Of a DNA stretch of 64,000 nt, positions 57,108-64,000 are shown piece after piece. The stretch's first letter is position 1. The number at the start of each line of letters is the position of its first letter. This DNA comes from Bacillales bacterium UBA2753 (GTDB taxonomy: Bacteria; Bacillota_I; Bacilli_A; RFN20; CAG-826): positions 4,122 through 68,121 of the forward strand of contig DEJH01000026.1 of NCBI GenBank assembly GCA_002353275.1. Direction: 5' to 3'. The translations under genes were made by a program, and so were the position numbers. Under the pieces are notes generated by a model. It saw nothing but the letters and a program-made list of their open reading frames with translations. It did not search any database and was not told the DNA's origin.

Positions 57108-57593
57108 ATGGCGCATTTACAACAGCACGCTGTTGAACAAATCACAGAGATTTGTAACCGTTATAAAAATGAAGGAACACCATTAATGATGATTCTTTCT
57201 GATATCCAAAAAGAATACGGTTATATTCCTCTAGAAGTTCAAGAATTAGTGTCTTCATTAACTGGCATCCCTACTAGTGAAATTTATGGAGTTGTGACTT
57301 TCTACTCCTTTTTCTCACTCACACCAAAAGGTAAATATGTTATTGGTGTTTGTTTAGGTACTGCTTGTTATGTTAAGGGTTCTCAATTAGTGTTAGACAA
57401 ATTTGAAGAACTATTACACATCAAACCAGGAGAAACTACCGAAGATGGTTTATTTACCTTAGACGCTCTTAGATGCGTTGGAGCTTGTGCAATCGCTCCA
57501 GCGGTTAGCATCAATGGAAAAGTTCATCCAATGGTTAAAGTCGGAGACGTTGAAGGAATTATTAACGAACTCAGAAGTAAGGAGGCTAAATAA
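57108..57593 (+). CDS. NuoE/HydC-like [2Fe-2S] subunit of NAD(P)-linked [FeFe]-hydrogenase
   Basis: Thioredoxin-like 2Fe-2S cysteines (GVCLGTAC...CVGAC). ATG 57108 is 5 nt after GGAGG. Confidence 0.85.
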   Translation: MAHLQQHAVEQITEICNRYKNEGTPLMMILSDIQKEYGYIPLEVQELVSSLTGIPTSEIYGVVTFYSFFSLTPKGKYVIGVCLGTACYVKGSQLVLDKFEELLHIKPGETTEDGLFTLDALRCVGACAIAPAVSINGKVHPMVKVGDVEGIINELRSKEAK

Positions 57594-57595
57594 TC

Positions 57596-59500
57596 ATGAT
57601 TAAGATTAAAAGTAGTGAAGAATTAATTTCTACACATGAAAAATTAGCGTCCTGTCTCGATAAGAAATTCCACTGCGAAGACGGAAAACGCGCAATCGTT
57701 GTTTGTGGTGGTACAGGATGTTTATCTTCTGATAGTGCAGACTTATTAGAAAGATTACAAACCTTAATTAAAGAAAAAGGTCTTGAAGATAGAGTGACTG
57801 CTAACATCGTTGGCTGTTTCGGATTCTGTTCTCAAGGACCATTTGTCAAAATCTTCCCTGAAGAAACCTTATACACCAAAGTCAAAGTTTCTGACGCTGA
57901 AGAAATCATTGAAAAAGATATCATTGGGGGAGAAGTTGTTGAAAGATTACTCTTCGTTGATCCACAAACCAAAAATAGAGTGGCTCGCCAACATGAAATC
58001 AATTTCTACAAATTACAAAAAAGAGATATCGCTTTAAAGGGTAATGCTGAAATTAACCCAGAAGATATCAATGAAGCTATCGGACAAGGAGCTTTCTTAG
58101 CGCTTAATAGAGCTCTTCATATGTCTAGACAAGAAGTAATTACCGAAGTATTAAATAGCGGACTTCGTGGACGTGGTGGCGCTGGCTTCCCAACTGGAAG
58201 AAAGTGGCAATTCGCTTACGATGTTGAGTCTGAAGATAAATATGTTGTTTGTAACGGCGATGAAGGTGACCCAGGCGCATTCATGGATCGTTCCATTATT
58301 GAAGGTAACCCAATTAATGTTATCGAAGGTATGATGATTGAAGCTTACGCTATCGGGGCGAAAAATGGTTACTTCTATATTCGTGCAGAATACCCAATCG
58401 CAGTTAATAGATTAAAAAATGCAATCAAACAATGCGAAGAGATGGGTTTATTAGGTGATAACATCTTAGGAACCGATTTCTCATTCCGTTGCCACATTCG
58501 ACTTGGCGCTGGTGCCTTCGTTTGTGGAGAAGAAACTGCATTATTAAATTCCATTGAAGGACAACGTGGTATGCCACGTCCTCGTCCTCCTTTCCCAGCT
58601 GTTAAAGGCTTATGGGGAAAACCATCAGTTATCAATAACGTTGAAACCCTCGCTAACGTTCCATATATTCTCCTTCATGGAGCTGCAGCGTATGCTGCAA
58701 TTGGAACTGAAAAGAGTAAAGGAACTAAAGTCTTCGCTCTTGGAGGTAAAGTTAATAACGTTGGTTTAGTGGAAGTCCCAATGGGAATTACATTAAGACA
58801 ATTAATCTTTGATATTGGTGGAGGAATTCCAAATGGCAAGAAATTTAAAGCCATTCAAACCGGAGGTCCTTCTGGAGGATGTTTAACTGAAAAAGATTTA
58901 GACACTCCAATCGATTACGATAACTTAATCGCTGCTGGCTCAATGATGGGTAGTGGTGGCGCTATCGTTATGGATGAAGATAACTGTATGGTGGACGTCG
59001 CTAAATTCTATATGACATTTATTTGTGACGAAAGCTGTGGTAAATGTTCTCCTTGTAGAATCGGAACCAAACGTTGCCTTGAAATCTTAACTAAGATCAC
59101 TGATGGTAAAGGAACAATGCAAGATCTTGAAGAACTCAAGAGTCTCGCTAATGTGATTAAGAGCAATTCCTTATGTGGTTTAGGACAAACCGCTCCTAAC
59201 CCAATCCTTTCAACAATGAATGCTTTCTATGATGAATATCTCGCTCATATCGTTGATAAGAAATGTCCTGCTCATGTCTGTAAGAGCTTAATGCAATATA
59301 AGATTCTTCCAGAAAAATGTGTTGGTTGTGGAATGTGCGCTCGTAACTGTCCTGCTAACACCATCCATAAAACTGATAAAGTTCCAGTTGGTCGACCAGC
59401 AACATTACCTCTTAGGGTTCATGAAATTGATCCAACCAACTGTGTAAAATGTGGATTATGTGCATCTAACTGTAAGTTTGGTGCAGTCATTAAGGATTAA
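57596..59500 (+). CDS. NuoF/HydB-like FMN/NAD(H)-binding Fe-S subunit
   Basis: GLRGRGGAGFPTG and NGDEGDPGAF motifs, SCGKCSPCR, and a C-terminal 2x[4Fe-4S] domain. Confidence 0.9.
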   Translation: MIKIKSSEELISTHEKLASCLDKKFHCEDGKRAIVVCGGTGCLSSDSADLLERLQTLIKEKGLEDRVTANIVGCFGFCSQGPFVKIFPEETLYTKVKVSDAEEIIEKDIIGGEVVERLLFVDPQTKNRVARQHEINFYKLQKRDIALKGNAEINPEDINEAIGQGAFLALNRALHMSRQEVITEVLNSGLRGRGGAGFPTGRKWQFAYDVESEDKYVVCNGDEGDPGAFMDRSIIEGNPINVIEGMMIEAYAIGAKNGYFYIRAEYPIAVNRLKNAIKQCEEMGLLGDNILGTDFSFRCHIRLGAGAFVCGEETALLNSIEGQRGMPRPRPPFPAVKGLWGKPSVINNVETLANVPYILLHGAAAYAAIGTEKSKGTKVFALGGKVNNVGLVEVPMGITLRQLIFDIGGGIPNGKKFKAIQTGGPSGGCLTEKDLDTPIDYDNLIAAGSMMGSGGAIVMDEDNCMVDVAKFYMTFICDESCGKCSPCRIGTKRCLEILTKITDGKGTMQDLEELKSLANVIKSNSLCGLGQTAPNPILSTMNAFYDEYLAHIVDKKCPAHVCKSLMQYKILPEKCVGCGMCARNCPANTIHKTDKVPVGRPATLPLRVHEIDPTNCVKCGLCASNCKFGAVIKD

Positions 59501-59513
59501 GGAGGAAATAACA

Positions 59514-61274
59514 ATGGGATTAGTTAATATCAAAATTGATGGCCAAGCTTATCAAGTTGAAAGTGGATTAACCATCTTAGAAGCCGCCAAAAAATGCGGA
59601 TTCAATATTCCTTCTTTATGTGCTTTCAATAATGGCAAATGCTCAAGAGCGTCTTGTAGAGTGTGCCTAGTTGAAGTTAAAGGCGCTAGAGGTTTAGTTG
59701 CTTCTTGTGTCTATCCTGTAAGTGAAGGAATGGAAATCACTATCTCTTCTCCTAAAGCAATTGAAGCGAGAAGAGCAAGTGTTGAACTCATTCTCTCAAA
59801 TCACCATAAAAACTGTTTACAATGTGAGAAAAATGGACATTGTGAACTTCTTGAAGTTTCAAAAATGGTTGGAGCAAGAGACAATATGTATGTCGGAGAA
59901 CAAACTCCTGCGACATTAGATGAACTCGCTCCTGGAATTATTAGAGATACATCAAAATGTATTTTATGTGGCAGATGTATTGAAAGATGTAAAGAAGCTC
60001 AAGGAATTTCCATCTTAGGATTTGAAAATCGTGGATTTAAAACCATCGTCTCCCCAGTTGGAAATCGTAGCTTTGCTAATTCACCATGTTTACAGTGTGG
60101 ACAATGTGTTAACGTCTGTCCTACTGGCGCTTTAATGGAACATAGCGAAATCGCTAAAGTTGACGAAGCGTTTAGAAGCGGAAAGAAAGTGATTGTTCAA
60201 ACCGCTCCTGCTGTCAGAGCCGCTATCGCTGAAGAATTCGGTGAAAAGATTGGTACTCCAGGAACTGGTAAGATGGTTGCTGCTCTTCATAGATTAGGAT
60301 TCTATCGTGTATTTGACACTAACTTCGGTGCTGATTTAACAATCATGGAAGAAGCTAATGAATTACTCGAAAGAATTAAAAATAAGGGAGTTCTTCCACA
60401 AATTACATCTTGTTCTCCAGGATGGATTAATTATATGGAATATTTCTATCCAGAAGTGATTCCAAATGTCTCAACCTGTAAATCACCACACATGATGGTG
60501 GGTGCGATTATTAAATCATATTTCGCTAAGGTGCATGAACTTGATCCAAAAGATATCTTTGTGGTTTCAATTATGCCTTGTACCGCTAAAAAATATGAGA
60601 GACAAAGAAAAGAAATGCCAGATGATGTCGATGCTGTTCTTACAACTAGAGAACTTGCTAAGATGATTAAAAGAAGTGGCATAAATTGGGCTAGACTTCC
60701 AGAAGAAGAATTCGACCAAGATTTACTTGGTGAATATAGTGGTGCTGGAGTTATCTTCGGTGTTACTGGTGGAGTTATGGAAGCAGCCTTAAGAACCGCA
60801 TATTTCTGGTTAACTGGTGAAGAACACGCTTTAATTGACTTCAAAGCTGTAAGAGGCCTTGAAGGGGTTAAAGAAGCAACCTTAGATATTAAAGGTACAG
60901 AAGTTAAGGTCGCTGTCACTAGTGGAATGAAAAACGCTAAGAAACTTCTTGACGAAGTTAAAGAAGGTAAATCTCCATATGCCTTTATCGAGATTATGTG
61001 TTGTCCAGGTGGCTGTATTAATGGTGGTGGTCAACCATACGTTAAGCCAATGTTCTTACCAAATGAAGATGACGATATCTTAGAAACATATAGAGCAAAA
61101 CGTGCAAGTGTCCTCTATAGTGAAGATGTTAGACAATCTGTCAGACAATCTCATAACAACCCTGATATCCAAAAACTTTATAAAGATTTCCTTGGTAAAC
61201 CAGGAAGCGAACTCGCTGAAGAATTGTTACATACCTCTTACAATAGTCATCGTGAGAAGTATCCTAATAAATAA
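59514..61274 (+). CDS. hydA: [FeFe]-hydrogenase catalytic subunit HydA (M3-type architecture) with variant H-cluster motif 1
   Basis: N-terminal 2Fe-2S and His-ligated cluster region, and 2x[4Fe-4S]. H-domain motifs are TSCSPGW (60405-60425), MPCTAKKYE (60573-60599) and EIMCCPGGCINGGGQP (60990-61037). Confidence 0.9.
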   Translation: MGLVNIKIDGQAYQVESGLTILEAAKKCGFNIPSLCAFNNGKCSRASCRVCLVEVKGARGLVASCVYPVSEGMEITISSPKAIEARRASVELILSNHHKNCLQCEKNGHCELLEVSKMVGARDNMYVGEQTPATLDELAPGIIRDTSKCILCGRCIERCKEAQGISILGFENRGFKTIVSPVGNRSFANSPCLQCGQCVNVCPTGALMEHSEIAKVDEAFRSGKKVIVQTAPAVRAAIAEEFGEKIGTPGTGKMVAALHRLGFYRVFDTNFGADLTIMEEANELLERIKNKGVLPQITSCSPGWINYMEYFYPEVIPNVSTCKSPHMMVGAIIKSYFAKVHELDPKDIFVVSIMPCTAKKYERQRKEMPDDVDAVLTTRELAKMIKRSGINWARLPEEEFDQDLLGEYSGAGVIFGVTGGVMEAALRTAYFWLTGEEHALIDFKAVRGLEGVKEATLDIKGTEVKVAVTSGMKNAKKLLDEVKEGKSPYAFIEIMCCPGGCINGGGQPYVKPMFLPNEDDDILETYRAKRASVLYSEDVRQSVRQSHNNPDIQKLYKDFLGKPGSELAEELLHTSYNSHREKYPNK

Positions 61275-61294
61275 CAATTATTATTTATAATAAT

Positions 61295-61325
61295 AACCAG
61301 TCATTAATTTGACTGGTTTTTTTAT
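61295..61325 (+). terminator. intrinsic terminator of the hydrogenase operon
   Basis: AACCAGTC-loop-GACTGGTT hairpin followed by TTTTTTT. Confidence 0.8.
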
Positions 61326-61411
61326 TTTATAAAAAGGTTGCTTTTATATTTTTAAAGGCGCTAATAGTCTCTCACACTCTAAAAGAGTTGTGAGATAGAA
61401 AGAAAAACAAC

Positions 61412-62131
61412 ATGAACAATAAAACTAAAAAAATCTTAGGATTATCGTTATTAACAACAACAGCGATCACAATGGTTTGTGCTCTTGCACCTAATCCGCT
61501 TGAGATTAGCACTCGATTATTCGCCTCGAATAACAAACAAACCTATAGTTATGTCAAAACTGACTTCTCAATAAGTGAAAGTGGATTCCCTTTTATTCCT
61601 TCCGATGATCGTAAATATTTCGGATATTCACCAATGGAGTTTACTGAAGAAAGTGGAATCTTTGTTTCTGATGTTGGAGATCCAAGTGATATTGATGAAA
61701 CTACAACAGGAATTGGCTGGTCAACTGGTGATACTGCTAATGGCTGCAAAGTTACTCGTGAAGGAAATTTCTTCTCATTAGAAACCGTTACTCCTTCACC
61801 TTATAAACCATCGGATGCTAATCGTGAGCTTGGAGTAAATATCAAAATAGATGTAAAAGGAGATAGAGAAATCTTATTAACTGATAACACTTATTACTTA
61901 TTTGATTTATATTACGTTGCTCAAATTGTTGATGAAGAAGTAATCGTTAAAAGAGAAATGAAAATTACTCCTGAATATTATTATTCTGATTATTCTTCAG
62001 TCTTCTTCTCATTAGATACTTTCAAAGGTGATTACACTTGGGAAACTGAGGAATATGGAAGAATTCTATCCTGTGGAGTATATAAAGTCACATTAAAAGA
62101 GATATCAATTGAATATAGCTGTTCTAAATAA
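61412..62131 (+). CDS. secreted/cell-surface protein of unknown function
   Basis: 239 aa with an N-terminal signal-like segment KKILGLSLLTTTAITMVCALA. No family recognised. Confidence 0.5.
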   Translation: MNNKTKKILGLSLLTTTAITMVCALAPNPLEISTRLFASNNKQTYSYVKTDFSISESGFPFIPSDDRKYFGYSPMEFTEESGIFVSDVGDPSDIDETTTGIGWSTGDTANGCKVTREGNFFSLETVTPSPYKPSDANRELGVNIKIDVKGDREILLTDNTYYLFDLYYVAQIVDEEVIVKREMKITPEYYYSDYSSVFFSLDTFKGDYTWETEEYGRILSCGVYKVTLKEISIEYSCSK

Positions 62132-62135
62132 TTAA

Positions 62136-62157
62136 AGTCGATTAGTCGACTTTTTTA
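62136..62157 (+). terminator. intrinsic terminator
   Basis: AGTCGA-TTAG-TCGACT hairpin followed by TTTTTT. Confidence 0.75.
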
Positions 62158-62216
62158 TTTATTGTTTATAATATTTATCTAAACTATAATCATAATTGTC
62201 TTTGAGGTTACAAGTT

Positions 62217-64000
62217 ATGAAACACAAATCGTTTACAACATTATTTTTATCTGCTGCTTTATTAATAGGGGCACTAACTCCATTTATTCTTCTCTCTAAA
62301 AACGAAGTAGTAGAAGTAAGTGCTGCTCAACATAAAGATAATTTTGATGAATATATTTATAACGGTAATTATTACGACTCAATTACTGAAGAAGGAGAAG
62401 GACTTAACGGTAGTTTAAGACAAGCTTTATCTAGTTATATCCTTCCTAAAGCATGGCCTTCTTATTCAGGAAGTAGTGCCACTTCTTTAGCGGTTCTTTG
62501 TCAAGAAGCTGATGAAGACCCATCAAATAAAAGCAATATGATTTATTTATACACTCGTGATTCGGTTAAAAAGAACGCTGCGAGTAGTTGGAATAGAGAA
62601 CATACTTGGCCTAAAAGCATTTCTGGAGGATGCTGGGGAGAAGGAAAGGCAGGAAGTGACCTTCTTCACCTAAGACCAACATATAACACAGTCAACTCTA
62701 CAAGAAGCTCGATTCCTTTTGGTCAAACTAGTTCTGGAGAAAAGAAAATCTATGAAGGAATGGAATGGGGATATATCGGTTCAAGTGATATCACAGGTAG
62801 TAAAGTTGTTATGCCTTTAGAAAGCGCTAGAGGTGATGTAGCTCGTATTATCATGTATGTTTGGGTTGCTTATAAAAATTATTATAGTAATTTACCTGAT
62901 GTTACTAAGGTTTTTGATAGCTATGAAACCATTTTAAAATGGCATATGGAAGATAAACCAGATGAATTAGAAGGACATCGTAATGATGTTAGTGAATCAT
63001 CTTTACAAAAGAATAGAAACCCATTTGTTGATCACCCAGAATATGCTTGGATGATTTTTGGTAATGAAGTAAGTAGTGCTACAAAAGAAGCGTGTAGAGA
63101 AGTTTATCCAGGTAATAGCGCTAAACTCACCTCAATTTCTATTTCTTCTTTACCTACGAAAACTGAATATTATGTTAGTGAAACCTTAGACACTGAAGGA
63201 ATAAGTGTTATTGGCTATTACGATGATGGAACATCTAAGGATGTGACTTCTAAATGTACATTCTCTCCTATGGTTATGCCATCAAGTTCATGTACACAAA
63301 AAATCACAGTGACCTATGGAAGTAAAACCACTTCATTTAATGTCACTGTTAAAGATTATGAACCTGTTGATTTAGTTGGAATCAAATTATCAGTGACTCA
63401 AGAGAAAATATATGAGAATAGTCAAGTACAACTAAAAGCTATTTATTCTCCATTAAGCACTTATCCTTATCCAACCCTATCTTATTCAAGTAGTAATGTA
63501 GATGTCGCTACTATCAATTCTAATGGACTTCTTTCAGCCTTAACCCCTGGAGAAAGTACGATTACAGTGACTGCAACTCAAGGAAATATTGTTAAAACTG
63601 ATTCATTAAAAATCGTTGTTAACGAAAAAGATATGCCACGAATTGAAGATATATATGACATGGAAAAAGACGCCACAATCGAATTTTATTGCCAATATCT
63701 TGGTAGTTATCCAAATCAATATAAAGGCATATTTGTGGGTGATGGGGATTACGCTACTATCATTTATGGATATAGTAAACAAATGACTGGTTTAGTTCCT
63801 TATAAAACATATTTTAAAGTAAGTGGAAAAGTTGATATTTACTCAGGCCTATACGAAGTTAAAGATGCCACTATTGAAATTATTGATGATGTGATTGGTA
63901 AAGCTCATGTTAATCCAGTTACTACCTATGAATTTGATGGTAGTGAAGGAGTTCCTGAAGAAGGAGAAACCGCGGAAGAAAAAGTACATGATCAAAGATT
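62217..64000 (+). CDS. second endonuclease I-family secreted nuclease with Ig-like (Big) domains; 3' end outside window
   Basis: My own translation from ATG 62217 gives MKHKSFTTLFLSAALLIGA (signal), WNREHTWPKS, DLLHLRPTYNTVNSTRS, RGDVARIIMYVW and NRNPFVDHPEYAW. Ig-like repeats follow, and the frame stays open to 64000. Confidence 0.8.
   Translation, partial: MKHKSFTTLFLSAALLIGALTPFILLSKNEVVEVSAAQHKDNFDEYIYNGNYYDSITEEGEGLNGSLRQALSSYILPKAWPSYSGSSATSLAVLCQEADEDPSNKSNMIYLYTRDSVKKNAASSWNREHTWPKSISGGCWGEGKAGSDLLHLRPTYNTVNSTRSSIPFGQTSSGEKKIYEGMEWGYIGSSDITGSKVVMPLESARGDVARIIMYVWVAYKNYYSNLPDVTKVFDSYETILKWHMEDKPDELEGHRNDVSESSLQKNRNPFVDHPEYAWMIFGNEVSSATKEACREVYPGNSAKLTSISISSLPTKTEYYVSETLDTEGISVIGYYDDGTSKDVTSKCTFSPMVMPSSSCTQKITVTYGSKTTSFNVTVKDYEPVDLVGIKLSVTQEKIYENSQVQLKAIYSPLSTYPYPTLSYSSSNVDVATINSNGLLSALTPGESTITVTATQGNIVKTDSLKIVVNEKDMPRIEDIYDMEKDATIEFYCQYLGSYPNQYKGIFVGDGDYATIIYGYSKQMTGLVPYKTYFKVSGKVDIYSGLYEVKDATIEIIDDVIGKAHVNPVTTYEFDGSEGVPEEGETAEEKVHDQR

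Overview
Gene-dense, low-GC chromosomal window from an anaerobic Bacillota/Mollicutes-like bacterium. My guess is an Erysipelotrichales/Acholeplasmatales/RF39-type lineage, but this cannot be fixed from this window alone. The standard genetic code applies: TGA is used as a stop (prs at 31498-31500, Phd/YefM gene at 20999-21001) and conserved Trp residues are TGG. No rRNA, tRNA or CRISPR array was seen. Content from left to right: (1) 1-12050 (+): a purine/urate-fermentation type island with an XDH-family tail, cyclic amidohydrolase, SsnA-like, PreA-like, an XDH Mo/2Fe-2S/FAD trio, two fold-type-II PLP enzymes, YgeY-like and YgeW-like. (2) 12154-17248 (-): an exogenous fatty-acid incorporation operon, fakA(yloV)-plsX-acpP-degV(fakB)-acyltransferase. 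(3) 17300-20179 (-): a membrane protein plus a membrane-anchored endonuclease I-family nuclease; a second paralog starts at 62217 and runs off the window. (4) 20329-21247: small orphan genes, including a solitary Phd/YefM antitoxin. (5) 21309-24388 (-): rbsK, nucleoside hydrolase, folD, dCMP deaminase. (6) nrdG (+) facing nrdD-trxB-like (-). (7) pepT, an unknown gene, then prs-tgt-queA-queH. (8) 34601-49494 (+): a complete S10-spc-alpha ribosomal cluster (rpsJ to rplQ, with secY, adk, map, infA, rpmJ, rpoA), with no L30 gene. (9) An alpha/beta-hydrolase-like::GT4 glycosyltransferase fusion. (10) preT-preA, followed by an IS200/IS605 element (tnpA+tnpB) wedged between preA and its terminator. 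(11) An orphan 290-aa gene. (12) A trimeric HydC/HydB/HydA [FeFe]-hydrogenase operon. (13) A secreted protein. The most interesting observations are: an NrdD fused to a thioredoxin-like domain and translationally coupled to a TrxR-like flavoprotein lacking the NADPH-binding motifs; a near-identical K/E/A-rich N-terminal module shared at nucleotide level by rplV and rplE, within a cluster where many r-proteins carry charged extensions; a HydA whose H-cluster motif 1 reads TSCSPGW instead of TSCCPxW; and a solitary antitoxin next to a small gene whose SD is sequestered by an anti-SD hairpin.
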